Shown here piece after piece: positions 49,237-63,796 of a stretch of 64,000 nucleotides of DNA. Position 1 is the stretch's first letter. Every line of letters begins with the position of its first letter. This DNA comes from the human T2T-CHM13v2.0 reference genome, Homo sapiens: assembly GCF_009914755.1 (NCBI RefSeq), contig NC_060938.1. One strand, given 5' to 3'. A program made the position numbers and the translations under genes. The notes under the pieces were generated by a model. It did no database searches. It saw nothing but the letters and a program-made list of their open reading frames with translations, and was not told the DNA's origin.

Positions 49237-50132
49237 TCACTTTTCCATTTCACAACATCCTCTATGAGGCAGTACCATGGTTACGAGGGGAGGTTCTGGA
49301 GATACACAGTTTTGGCTCTGTCACTTGCTGTGTCATTGCAGGCAAGTCTCTTAACTTCTCTGGGTCCAGTTTCCTTATCTGTAGAATGGGGCTTGTTGTG
49401 GTTTCTACTCATAGGGCTGTCGTGAGGAATAAATGGAAGGATCTGCATACCTGGAACACAGCAGATGCTCAAAAATGTTAGATGCCATGATCAACGGTCA
49501 TGGGAATAACAGAAATCAACAATGCCACACTAAAGGGCAGGTCTGGTCATTGACAGGTATACTCAAGGGCATCCTGGCATCCAAATTCTTGCCCCAACTA
49601 ATGGGCAAATCACTGCATGCTCAATCTTCAGGGTTGCTCGTGAGTAGAGAAGACAGCAAGGATAGACTCTACTGGGTACTTCCTGCTGCAGAGGGAGAGC
49701 GCCAGGAGCCCCAGGGGACCTTTCTGTAATGACTCAGGGTCCTCCTCAGAAATCGCCCAGGTGCCACTGCCCAGGACTGGGATACAGGGGAGCCCTCGTA
49801 GGTCTCCAAGGCACGCGTTCAGAATGGGTGGGGCACTCGCATGTGATGAGTTCCTGTGCTGGCTTTCACAGCTTTCTGCCTTCTCTGTCCCTGCCAGATG
49901 TTGCTTGTTACCGTCAGTGTGCCTGCTTCCGGCCGCTGGCTTCCATGGGCTGGAGACTGGAGAGCGGAGCTGCTTAGAGTTTTCTGTAAAAGACAAGCCT
50001 TAGAGGGAGGGCCTGAGGGCTATGCCATGAGCAAAGCCTTGAGCTGTTTTAGGCTGTGTACTGGGGTGGAGACTGCTGTGGGCAAGGAGTTGACCTGGTC
50101 TCAAATCATTATTTAAAAATATTTTAAATATT

Positions 50133-50484
<352 letters not shown>

Positions 50485-50917
50485 CTATAAATTTTAACAC
50501 ACGTATAAATTTGTGGAACTACCACCACAATTAGGATACAGAACAGTTCCGTCACCCCAGAAGGTTCCCCTTACAGACACACTCTCCCTCCACCCGTAAG
50601 TCCTGGCAGCCACTGAGCTGCTCTCACTACTACAGTTTTGTCTTTTTGAGGATGTTACATAAATGAAATCATATGTTATGTAAGTTTTTGAGATCAGCTT
50701 CTCTTCCTCGGCTTAAAGCCTTTGAGATTCATCCAAACTGTTAGGTATTAATAGCTCATTCCTTTTTACTACTGAGTTGTATCCCTTTCTATTGTTTAAC
50801 CATTCACCAGGTGAAGAATATTTGCTTTTTTTTTTGAGCTATTATTTGATCACAAATAAAGCTGCTATCAACATTTGTGTGCGAGTTTTTGTGTGAATAT
50901 AAGTGTTCATTTTTCTA

Positions 50918-51515
<598 letters not shown>

Positions 51516-52359
51516 AGAAAATGTATGTTTAACTTCATAAGAAACCACCAAACTATTTTCCATTCCCACCAGGAATGAGGGTTCTAGTTGCCCTGCATCC
51601 TTGGTCAGCACTTGGTTTTGTCTGTCTTTTTAATTATAACCATCACAGTGGGTTTGAATTGTTATTCCATTGTGGTTTTGATTTGCATTTCCCAAATAGC
51701 TAATGATGTTAGATACCTTATTTTGCCATTCTTATATTCTCTTTGATGAAGTATCTAAGTCCCTTGTATTTTAAAAAATTGAATTGTTGATTTTCTTATT
51801 GTTGAGTTTTCAGAGCTCTATGTATTTTGGATACAAGTCCTTTGTTGGATATGAAATTCAGCAATGCTCAGGCAAATTATTTAAGCACTTATGCCTCCCA
51901 CCTTATTAAATGGGGGACAGTGCTATTTTCCTTACCCGTCTCGCTATGTTGCCGTAAGGATCAAATGGTAAAAGGAATGTGAAATTAGAAATTGGCAAGC
52001 GATTATCATTGCTGTTTGGATTACTCGGGAGTGGGATTACATTTCACTTGCTTATTTGTTCTTAGCTATGTTTTTCATATAGGTTCTTATGATGAATGGT
52101 CTGTGGCTAATGGTGTTTTTTAAATTTGCATAATATTATGCCCCATCCAAGCAGGTACTTGACACATTTAAAAGGTTCATGATAAAGGGGAATTGTACAG
52201 AGAAATGGCCTTGGCTGACAGTTGTGCTCTGGAGCACAATTTCCTCATAAAGAGCCCTTGAAGACTTGGCCAGGAAGGTGGTAGAGGTCGGAGGGTTGAA
52301 CAGTTGGCATGAAGTGCTCCTCTTCACGCGCTCGGCCCAGACTTTAGAAAGCAGCTCCT

Positions 52360-52768
52360 GGCTGGGCGCGGTGGCTCATGCCTGTAATCCCAGCACTTTG
52401 GGAGGCCGAGGTGGGTGGATCACCTGAGGTCAGGAGTTTGAGACCAGCCTGGCCAACATGGTGATACCCCATCTCTACTAAAAATACAAAAATTAGTTGG
52501 GCATGGTGGCAGACGCCTGTAATCCCAGCTACTCAGGAGGCTGAGGCAGCAGAATTGCTTGAACCGGGAGGTGGAGGTTGCAGTGAGCCAAGATCACGGC
52601 ACTGCACTCCAGCCTGGGCAACAAGAGTGAAACTCCATCTCAGAATAGAAAGAAAGGAAGGAAGGAAGGAAGGAAGGAAAGAAAGGAAAGAAAGAAGGAA
52701 GGAAGGAAGGAAAGAAATAAAGAAAGAAAGAAAAAGAAAGAAAGGAAGGAAGGAAGGAAGAAAGAAAG

Positions 52769-52839
<71 letters not shown>

Positions 52840-52842
52840 GAG
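52360..52842 (+). mobile_element. AluS with ~200-bp (GGAA)/(GAAA)n tail
   Basis: Dimer to ~52643; TSD agctcct. Confidence 0.95.
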
Positions 52843-53149
52843 AAGCTCCTGCCACTGCCCAGGGGCGAGCCCAGTGCTCCTGCCCAGAGAGGCTCACCCG
52901 TCATCCCTGAGAATTAAAGAGCCGTGTTAAAGAGTGGATTTGCCACTTCCCCACGCGAAAGGAGGATCACTGGACTCCGTCCTCTGAAGCTCCCACTGCT
53001 TTGTGGGCTCCCTTGTGAGTGAGCCCAAGCTTGAGCCTGACTAGCTGGAGGCAAGAGTGGTAGAATATATGTGCTCATGTGGTGAACACAGCAGTGGCCT
53101 CTCCAATGCCCAGTCCGCCCCTGGCACAGGGGACAGTAGGACTTTAGTT

Positions 53150-53640
53150 TGAACAATCACCTTCAGTTCAAGGAGTGCTCCGGTGCCGGGGAGAATAATC
53201 CCATCTTCCTTGCTACTGACTAGTTCTGGAATGGGCATGTGTGACCTGATTCTGCCATAAAATGAGATGCAGGAAGTGGTTTGCTGAAAGTCTCTGGGAA
53301 AATGTTCTTCCATTTGTGGAGGGATGAGAAGCCAGATCCCTTCTCTCTCTGGCTCTCCTTATCTCTCTGTTTCTGTCCCTCTCCCTCTGTCTCTGTTTCT
53401 CTCTCCTCCTTTGCTGGGATGCTAGTAGTGGTGCTCATAGGGGCCCAGTCTTCTGCCATCAGTACTGAGAATGGAAGAACAGAGACCTGGAAAACAGCCA
53501 AGCCCTTAATTACAGCCTCGAACTGTGCAGTCCACTAGCCCGAAGCCCCCATCTGGATGTCCTTCTAAGCAGCCAACACTCTTCTTTCCTGGTTAGCTCA
53601 TTTGAGTTGGGATCTTTATCGTTTGCACCCCAAAGTGTAA
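53150..53640 (+). mobile_element. MLT1K/L-like LTR
   Basis: atgggcatgtgtgacctgattctgcca...tttgagttgggatcttt. Confidence 0.55.
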
Positions 53641-53836
53641 TAATGGTCATAAGCTGTTCACCTCCCCAAATTCAGGAGCCCTCCTTCATTGAGTAGTTAG
53701 GCTTCAGAGATGCATCAGAGAAGTTACGGGGGTGGAGGACCAAGGCAGACAACAATGATCTTTTTTCTGTTCAATGTCTTGACATCAAGATAGTTTTATG
53801 GATCAAGTCTTAGCTTTTTTTTTTTTTCTATTTTAG

Positions 53837-54490
53837 CATGGAGGCATTAAAAAATCACCTAAACCTTATTAACTTGGGTTACATGGTGGGGAGATTCTGC
53901 AATACAGCACCTAGTCAGAAGAGTGCAGTTTTCTTCTATTTTAAAGTGCACAGAAACTGGACCAACCCCGGGTGGTGGTCCTGCTGGGCCTGCTTTAGGA
54001 AAGACACAATTAACATATTGTTGCTATGCCAACACTAATAATTTCTTTGGGGATTTTTTTCTTCACATATATAGGCATTGTGGCTGAGTCAGTGGTGTAA
54101 ACGAGGTAGCAGTGGCGGTGGAGGGGCGTTTAACCTATTTCAGGGAACAGACTGTTTTCAAGGACTTAAGTGCTGGCCATTGGCAGAAGCCCACGGTGTT
54201 AATTATGCACTCATTAAAGCAGGCTCTGCAACGCCAGCCCTGGCACTGCCCAAATGTTCACAACTTTTCCATCTGAGGAATCCTGACGAACAATGCTCCG
54301 AGGCATACGCACGGGAAGGCGGTGGTGCAGGCGGCTGGACTCACGTTCACTGGCGACTGCACAGCAACGCATATGAGATGCTTTGGAAGAAACTTGTCAT
54401 GCCCGTGTATTAGCAGAGGATTTCTCATTTGACGGAGTGTGGCTGTGGCTGAATTTGGGCTTTTTTTGTAACCACTAGTTACCAAGGCTC
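53837..54490. promoter_or_regulatory. Candidate enhancer (non-repeat, CpG-retaining)
   Basis: No recognisable TE; many CpGs at 54190-54440; TGAGTCA at 54085-54091; TTAATTA at ~54199. Confidence 0.4.
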
Positions 54491-54492
54491 TA

Positions 54493-54524
54493 TGTGTGTG
54501 TGTGTGTGTTTGTGTGTGTGTGTC

Positions 54525-54555
<31 letters not shown>

Positions 54556-54696
54556 CAGAGAGAGAGAAAACAGAAGAAGGAGGGCAAGAGGTACAAAGAG
54601 AGAAGTGGAGGGGAAGAGGGAGTAGGAGAGAGAGAGAGAGACAGAGAGGGAGAAAGAGAGAGAGAGAGACAGACAGAGAGAAAGAGAGAGAGAGAG
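54493..54696. repeat. (TG)n followed by (GA)n compound microsatellite
   Basis: Direct reading. Confidence 0.97.
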
Positions 54697-55861
54697 GGCA
54701 TGATCATCAGCCAGCCAGCCAGCAAGAGCCTGCTGGGTTTGTGGGGTTTCTCCCAAGCCCCCAAGCCCCTGAAGGAGACTATAAGTCCTTGGCCCTCTAC
54801 CCCACTCCAGTTCTCCTCGCTGACCTCTGAGATTGTTACCAGAAATCTTGAGGACAGGAGCAAATCAGGCTATTGTTTTCCTTAGCAGGAAAGACTCTCA
54901 TTTTGAGAAAAGCAGCCACCTAATATTTAAGGTGCTGCATGGAGCAGGAGACGGGGTAGGTCCCTTTTAATAAATATAAAATGACAGGCGGGAGCGGGGA
55001 TCCCTCAGCTCGTGCCAGGTGATAGAAGCATTTCCCTGAGCTACCTGAGATCCAGGTTTCCCTCTTTCTTCCTTCATCAAGTATGTCTTGAGCACCTGCT
55101 GTGTGTCAGGCACTGTGCAGTGTGGATGCAAATGAAGGAAGCGCAGAACCTGCCCTTGCGTGTGTGCCCTGAGGGACACACACACACACACACAGCTCTA
55201 ATGTGTGTGGAGATGCACAAGGAGTCAGGAGCACAGAGGAGGTGGAGGACTCAGGCTGGAATTTGAAGGTCAAGTAGGCGTTCCAAGCACAGCAGGGGAG
55301 AGCCAACAGCGTGGGCAAAGGCTTGGCAGTGTATGCGTAGGCGGCTCATTTGGGGACCGGGACGGCCCTCACCTGGCCATGTGGTGCGGTGGTTCAGAGC
55401 ATGGGCTCTGCGGGTGGATTGGCCAGGTTTGGAGACTGCAGGACCTTAGGCACTTTAACCTGTAAGTCTTTTCTGTAAAGCAGGCATAATGATCCTCCTG
55501 GCAGGGGGCCGTGATGATTAAGTAACATAATGCGGATGAAGTTCTCAGAGCGGTGCCTGGCAGGTACTGAGCGTGTCATTCATTCCTGGGGTTTCATCTG
55601 CATCACTTCGCAGAGGACCCTGCCTGTGCTTTGTTACTTCCTGAAGCCGATACTACCCTTGATTCTTCCTCAAGCCGCCTTGGTCCTGTTGGGGAACCAA
55701 AAGTCTTGATCATGGAAATGATAACCTATATGTTTTTTTAAAGTGAAGTTCAGAGAGGCATTATGCTGAATTGAAACTATCTATATAAATTCATAATCTC
55801 AAAAAGAAATGTTCCAGCTTTGTCACTACCAGGAGTAAGTCCCAGTGCAGCCAGATTTTGA

Positions 55862-56165
<304 letters not shown>

Positions 56166-56299
56166 TGATCTTTAACACTTGTTCTCTATTAATGGAATCA
56201 GGACTCCACAGATTTCTTGTGTTGAGGCAAGAGGAAATCAGGACAGAAAGTTCTGGATCATCTTTACAGTCGCCAGAAAGGAAAAATGCTTTCAAGGAT

Positions 56300-57470
56300 G
56301 CCAGGGGCATCCTAAAGGTGTTCACACGACAAGTCTGACAATTTGACCATCTAATAATGTGACTCATTAGAGCAAATACATGAAAGACCCTGAGCTCCTG
56401 ACAATCTGCAAACGAGAAAAATGACTGTACCGTTGTACAAAAGGATTATTTGAGGGGAATGACGAGGAGGATATATTTTTTTAGTTTAACAAGTAAGGGA
56501 GCGTTCACAGGTATGAGAATGTGGTCCCTTCTGTAAAGCGCATGACGGTTCGTAATGACTGGGGATGTGCGTGAGCCTCAGCTTCACCCCTGGCCTTTTT
56601 CCTCCGCGGTTCTGGCTCCTACACGCTGCGGTCCTCAGGCCTCTGGCTGGGCTTGGCCAAGTGGGAGGGAGGCTGGAGGGGAAGGAAAGGAAAAGCCAGG
56701 CTGAGTCTCTCCATCTGCTGGCTCCATCCCCAGCGGAGTCCCGGGGAACTGGCTGCATTCTCTCCTGGCATCCGCTCCATAGCTACGGCTGCTGTCCTGT
56801 GGGAGCCACCACCGCACCAGCTTATTCTGGGGGACCCCGGCACAGGGGCTGCAGCAGCACTCCTTCCAAGGGTGTTAGCGGCTTCCTGCTGTTGCTAAAA
56901 TCTGGGCCGCTTCACCGTCCCCTGATTGGTTTTTCCGCTATGTAACCAACTCCCTTCGATACATCCCCTCCGTGTAAATTATTGAAATGACCTCTATCTT
57001 CCTGTTTAGCATCTGATAGAATATGTCATCGTTTCTTCCTGCATAAGCGGGAAAGAATAAACGCCAGGGACTGTGAGTAAACCAAATAACCCCAGAATAA
57101 ATAAACACAATAGCAAGGGCAGGAAGGGTCAGTGAGCACGGGGTGGGGGGTGGGGTCCAACATAAAATCCAGGCGGAGAGGGACCTCAAGCTGAACCGCA
57201 CAGGCAGGCACGCAAAAAACAAGCAGAAAGAGGCTTCCACAGGACCCTCCCAGCGACAAATCAGCCAAACGTCCTGAGGAGGAGAGCTCACTTTGCAGAT
57301 TTGATCCTTCCTCCAGGAGGAGATGGCATTTTTACATGATCTTATATTAATTATCATGAAATTCTAATAAAGAATATGGAAGTATTAAATAATATTGTTG
57401 GACGAGGCCAATCTATCATAATGATAGGATAATGGGCTCAATGCTATCAGCCAAGAGGCATTAGCAGGCG
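56300..57470. promoter_or_regulatory. Candidate enhancer/promoter (non-repeat, CpG-retaining)
   Basis: Elevated CpG; ATTGG at ~56925; forkhead-like ATAAACA at ~57101; TAAT clusters at ~56352 and 57345-57430. Confidence 0.4.
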
Positions 57471-57487
57471 GGCTCAGTTCTGGGAAT

Positions 57488-57952
57488 GATGTGGAGAGCG
57501 GTGGCACTGTCATGTCCCGTTCATCTCTCCTTGGCCCACATCATCACCCTAGTCTGTTGTGCTGGACAGCTTCCAGCTGCAAGACCTGCAGCTCCACCTG
57601 CGGCTGTCGCTGGCCACTGGAGCTTGCTTGGCCCATGTGAGGTAGGTGGGACGTGTACTAGTCCCGGAGCAGCCTTCAACCAATATCTCATGGGAATGGC
57701 AGATAATATTCCAACACCTTTGTCTCTCCTTGGGATAACTCGGAGATGTTATTTCCTATATTTCCATGCAGGCCTGAGCCCCGGTTACCCACAGCGGTCA
57801 TCTGCTTGCCAGTCCACCCTCTGGCGATTCCTCCCTTTCCTGTCTCACATCCCCACTCCCTGCCAGGTGAATCCTAGAGTCACCTCTCAAAGGAACGACT
57901 TCCACTCATATCCTCGTCTCAGTGTCAGCCTCTGGGGGAGTCCAGCCTAACA
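57488..57952 (+). mobile_element. LTR16-like ERVL LTR
   Basis: tctccttgggataactc...gtctcagtgtcagcctctgggggagtccagcctaa. Confidence 0.65.
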
Positions 57953-57959
57953 AACCATT

Positions 57960-58435
57960 GAAAAAAATAAACTCAATTTGGAATAATTTCAGATTTATAG
58001 AAAAGTTGCAAAGATAACAGAGTTCTAGTACGCCCCTCTCCCAGTTTCTTCTAATGTTGACTTCTTACATTACCTTGGTATATCTGTCAAAACTGAGAGA
58101 TTAACCTTCTCTTATGTTAACTATGAATTAAACTCCAGATGTTATTCAGGTTTTATCAGCTTTGTCTATGGACGTCTTTTTCTGCTTCCAGAATCCTATC
58201 CCGCATACCACATTGTATTTAATCAGTATGCCTCCTTAGTCTCTTCCGGTCTGTGATGGTTTCTCAGTCTTTCCTTGCTTTGCATGACTTTGACGGCTTG
58301 GAGGAGGACTGCTCAGATATTCTGTAGAATGTCCCTCAGTGTGGATCTGTCTGATGTTTTCCTTAGACTAGAGGGATGAATTTGGGGGAAGAAGACCTTG
58401 CGGCAAAGTGCCCTTCTTTTTACATCATATCAGGA
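57960..58435 (-). mobile_element. L1MC-type 3'UTR fragment
   Basis: aataatttcagatttatagaaaagttgcaaagata...tattctgtagaatgtccctca. Confidence 0.8.
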
Positions 58436-58577
58436 ACGACACAGAATTCTAAAACTTAAAAAAAAAAAATTCACAGAAAAAGATGGATGCTTAAAATTCC
58501 CAAGCCATCACAAGAAAAACTTTTATAAGAAGTGATCCAGCCTGGAGACCCAGGACTCGTGTTTGAATCACCTAACA

Positions 58578-59004
58578 TTTTTTTTTAAATTTAGATTTAG
58601 GGGGTACATGTACAGGTTTGTTACATGGGTATATCATGTGATGATGAGGTTTGGGCTGCTGATGATCTCATTGCCCGGGTAGTGAACATCGTACTCCATA
58701 GGTAGTTTTTCAGCTCTTGGTCCCCCCACTGCCGCCCTTCCTCCCCCTTTTTGGAGCCCCCAGTGTTTATTGTTTCCATCTTTGTGTCCGTTTATACCCA
58801 ATGTTTAGCTTCTGCTTATAAGTGAGAACATGTGGCATTTGGTTTTCTGTTTCTGTGTTAATTTGCTTAGGATAATGGCCTCCAGCTGTATCCACATGGC
58901 TTCAGAGGACGTGATTTCATTTTTTTTAATGGGTGCATAGTATTCCATGGTGTATATGTACCATATTTTAAAAAATCCAATCCACTGTTGTCGGCACCTG
59001 GGTT
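58578..59004 (-). mobile_element. Old L1PA/L1PB 3' end
   Basis: gggggtacatgtacaggtttgttacatggg; TSD tgaatcacct(a/t)ac(a/g)ttt. Confidence 0.88.
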
Positions 59005-59252
59005 ATGAATCACCTTACGTTTTGTATTCAGGCCCCATGCCCTAGTCAAGAATAAATTGGCCAATAACCCAATTCTAGGTCCTCAGCTTGTCTGAGAAAG
59101 TGTCCTCTGTCTTTGGGTCTGGTAAGACTAACGACCCTCTCCAGTCCCCTTGCACCCTGGAAGGACTAAAAGTGTTACTGAAACCCTAGGATGATATAAA
59201 AATAATGTAGTAAATAATAATGTAATAAACAATGTATATTATTTATTACATT

Positions 59253-59333
59253 GTCTCAGTATCTGCCTCTGGGGGAGCCCAGCAGTCCTCCTCCAAGCTG
59301 TCAAGGTCATGCAAAGCAAGGAAAGACTGAGAA
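59253..59333. repeat. Composite templated insertion (direct copy of 57916-57946 + inverted copy of 58261-58313)
   Basis: 28/31 and 51/53 identity; the two pieces overlap at agc (59281-59283). Confidence 0.9.
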
Positions 59334-59576
59334 TGTAATAAATAATTATAATAAATAATAAGTGTAGCAAGAATCCTGGGAAGGCAATATATCAAGTGCA
59401 GAATAATGCACTTGATATTATGGCTATGGTGTGGATGCTTTAGAGTGAGCATAAGCATGAGTTTATGTGTAGCTATGATGTTTCTGAGTGTTTTGTCTGC
59501 TGTTTGAGGCATGGAAGTATTCAAAAAAATCAAATGCACTGTCTGTAATTGCATTTTAACTTGTTTAGAATATTTA

Positions 59577-59874
<298 letters not shown>

Positions 59875-59896
59875 AACATTTAATTCATCAAATTTA

Positions 59897-60527
<631 letters not shown>

Positions 60528-60559
60528 TTATTCTCACTGAACAAATGAGAAAGCTAAAT

Positions 60560-61000
60560 ATAATTTAGAATGCATTTGGCTGCAAGAAAGAGAATAATGA
60601 ACCCAGAGTGACTTAAACAGCAAGGAATTGATCTCCTTGAAAAGTAGTCCGGCTAGCTGCAGGGCTGGTTAACTCAGGAGCTCCACCACACCCAGCCCCA
60701 GCTCCTCATGGTCATAAGGTGGCTGCAGCAGTTCTGGGCATCCAAGTGTCTTCCTGGAAGGCAGGTTCTCCTGTGGGGCTGTGGTATCAAGGGAAGAAAG
60801 CCTTTCTCAGCATCCCAGTGGTGTCTTCCCTTCATTGGCCAGGCTTGAGTCCTGTACTCAGGTCTCAGCCAATCGCTGACAGAGGGGCGGAGTTACCATG
60901 GCTGACTTGGACTAGTCCTTCTCCAACCCCTGGGGCTGGGAAGGTGAACCTCCAGCCACATCAGCAAGGAGGACAGGCACAGCAGCACTGACTATGAGGA
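60560..61000 (-). mobile_element. MLT1K/L-like LTR
   Basis: ttagaatgcatttggctgcaag...gtgacttaaaca...cccttcattggccagg. Confidence 0.6.
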
Positions 61001-61469
61001 GGTGGCCCAAGTGTCTGCATAGGGAGGCCCAGAGAGGGACAGGGTTTGCCTAAGCTCACCCTGCCAAGCCTGGACTGGAATATTAGGTTCTGCCTCCCTC
61101 TTGATGTTTTCCAAAGACCCCCACTGAGTCCTTAGAATGGGGTCATGCCTTTATATGGCCGTCAACTTGGAAGGAGCCTCCAGGGACTTCTGAGCCAGCC
61201 TCCCTCTGACTGGGAGGTGAAGTGGGTTGAAATTGCTCCCTACAAAGGATTGCCTCGCTTCTTCCCGAAGACTATCACAGCTCCCAATGCCCTGAGGTCC
61301 AACTAGTCCATTCCTTTTATTGCACAGATGGGAATACTGGGGTGGGGCAGGAGCAAGGGCTCAAGGTCACAAAGTGAGGTGACAATAAATTGCCCTCTCT
61401 ACTATTCCTGGTTGTTTTGTGGGTGGACACAAACAAAAGTTAGCAGGAATGGGAGGCACTTCAGCATTT

Positions 61470-62020
61470 GAAAGCATCAAGTATAGAGCTGGACTCAGGG
61501 CTCAGCCACCCACCAGGTAGGTGACCTTGAGCAAGTTACATAACTTTTCTGTTCCTCAGTTTTGTCATCTGAAAAATGGGCATAACAGTAGGACTGCTTC
61601 CTTGGCATGTTGTAAAGAATAAGTGAGTCCATGTAAAGGGCTTGGCACACTTAGTGAGCTCTGTAATTACTGCTCTCCTACTGGGCACCCAGCATCACGT
61701 TATATGCGCTGCAATCCATCTAATCTCTATGCCTCCTCTGTTATTAGCAGACTTGTTTTACAGACGAGAAAATGAAACCACAGAAATGTCAAGTGACTTA
61801 CATGAGTCCCTTGGCTGAGGCCACACTGAGTTTCAAACCCACATCTGGCTGCCTCCAGAAGCCCAAGCCCTTAGCTGCCTTGCCATTCTGTCCCCACCAC
61901 ATGGCGTTCTGCTTCTTGGTTCCTCTATGGCAAACAAAGAAACCTAGGCCCAGGGAGGTCAACCCATTGTTCACAGTCACCCAGCTAGTAAATGAAACAG
62001 GAATTAGGATGCACGAGTCC
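61470..62020. mobile_element. MIR cluster
   Basis: gtgaccttgagcaagttac...cctcagttttgtcatctgaaaaatggg, then antisense MIR cores. Confidence 0.75.
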
Positions 62021-62533
62021 GTCCATGACCCCACACTTCCTCTACAGGGACAGAAGCTCTGTAGCATCCTGCAGCAAGATTGTTCTCAGCCACCCTATCA
62101 GGCAGTTCCTCCTTGTGTCAAACCAAGATCTGTCCTGCTTTGGTTTATGCTTATTTTCTTTTGCTGCATTCTTGAAAGAGGCCTTTCTCTGGTCTATTTG
62201 AATCTTTAGCTTGTGAGCTACCTGCCTACTGCCCAGCTCTGACCTGTCTGTCCCCACATGTCCACTTCAGCACCTCTCCTTGAGATGAGGCTAAGGCTTC
62301 ATGAGCCACCTTCAGGGACAAGTGGACCAAGGGTCTCTAGGGAGTGTCACTCCTCCCGCAGTCTCTGCTGAGCCTCAGTGGGATCTGGTTTTTTTCTCAG
62401 GCCTGGCAGTGAAGTGCCTCCTTCCTGATGTCTTTTGTCCATACTTCTCCGGACCGCCACCTTCCCACCTTGCTGGAGATTCGTGTGCTCTTTCTGATAT
62501 GTGATCTGGGGGTGGGCGAGAGTGTCCTCTAGA

Positions 62534-62740
62534 CCTGCTCTGTCCAATGAGGTAGCCACTAGTCATGTGTGGCTATTTAAATTTAAATTAATCAAAAGTA
62601 AATAAAATTTGAAATTCAGTTCTGTAGCCATACTAGCCACACTCAAGTGCTTGGCAGGCCTCTGAGACTAGGGGGCTATGGTATTGGACCCGGCAGATAC
62701 ACAACATTTCCATTGTCGCAGAAAGCTCTAGAGGACAGCC
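62534..62740 (-). mobile_element. MER3-like hAT-Charlie MITE
   Basis: ctgtccaat...gtagccactagtcatgtgtggctatttaaattt...catttccattgtcgcagaaag. Confidence 0.8.
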
Positions 62741-63742
62741 CTACCAGTGCTTCTCAAACTCAAAATCATTGAGTTTGCCCAAGGTCACCTACCGGTGGGT
62801 GGCTGAGCCCTGATTCTAGCTCTATAGTTAGTGCTTTCAAACTCTAAATTGCCTCCCATACATACTAACTTTCGTTTGTATCCACATACAAAACCTCCAG
62901 GAATGGCAGAGAAGACTTGTTAAAACACCACATGCTGTGGGCCTCACCTTAGAGTTTGCGCCTCAGTAGGTCTTGGCAGAGTTGGAGGATTATTTCTAAC
63001 AATTTCCTAGGTGAGGCTGCAGCGGCCGGGCTGGGGACCCTGCTTTGAGAACAGCTGCTATTCACCCAGCACTGGGAGAGTCTGCTGAAAAGACTCCGTG
63101 TGGTGATCTAGATCTGAGGGTGGTGAAGAGTCACTGGGGACACAACTTTTTCAGCTGAGGTTAGAAAAGGAGACTGAGACCAGCTTTCCAAAAAGCGAGC
63201 ATTGGCTGGACAGTGGGGTACTTGGACGTGCCGGAAAAACCTCAAAACCCAAACAAACCCAAAAGAATAATCCTGGACCCCCAGGGATTGTCTGGTCTTC
63301 ATTTCCACTCGTCTGTAATTTCTGAGAGAAAATGACTTCAGTGTCAACCCTGATCACTGTCCTTCTCCAGTGACAAATACCAAGCAAGGACCACACCCCA
63401 GTGTCATCTCAGACATTAGTTCTTGGTTCCAGTTTTCCTTCCACCTTGAACTTTCTCAGACCTGCTGATACTCAGCACCTTCTTTCTTGGAGAGACTGTG
63501 TTGGGGACAGGAGGCAGAGCACTGGATTTGGAGTTATAAGATTTGAATTAAAGTCGCTGTGTAAGCTTGGGCAATGCCCCTCTGAATTTCATTTCTATAG
63601 AGGCAATAATCTTATTTACTTTATAAAACCACATTATGTTATGCTCACATGGTATCATATGTGAATTCTTGTTTGTAAATCACAGAGTACTTTCTAAACC
63701 TCAGGTCCCATAGGTTGGAATGTAACTTTTATAGCACAGGCT

Positions 63743-63744
<2 letters not shown>

Positions 63745-63790
<46 letters not shown>
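63745..63790. repeat. (CA)n microsatellite at an AluJ tail
   Basis: Direct reading. Confidence 0.97.

Positions 63791-63795
<5 letters not shown>

Positions 63796-63796
<1 letters not shown>

Noticed and set aside
52533-52917. K/E/R-rich and F/L/S-rich ORFs
   Set aside because: Alu plus (GAAA)n tail
54258-54863. 201-aa and overlapping ORFs
   Set aside because: Microsatellite translations
62746-62844. Repeated agtgctt(c)tcaaactc with a small hairpin, as another template-switch scar
   Set aside because: Matches the common MER5-family terminus, so independent fragments explain it equally well
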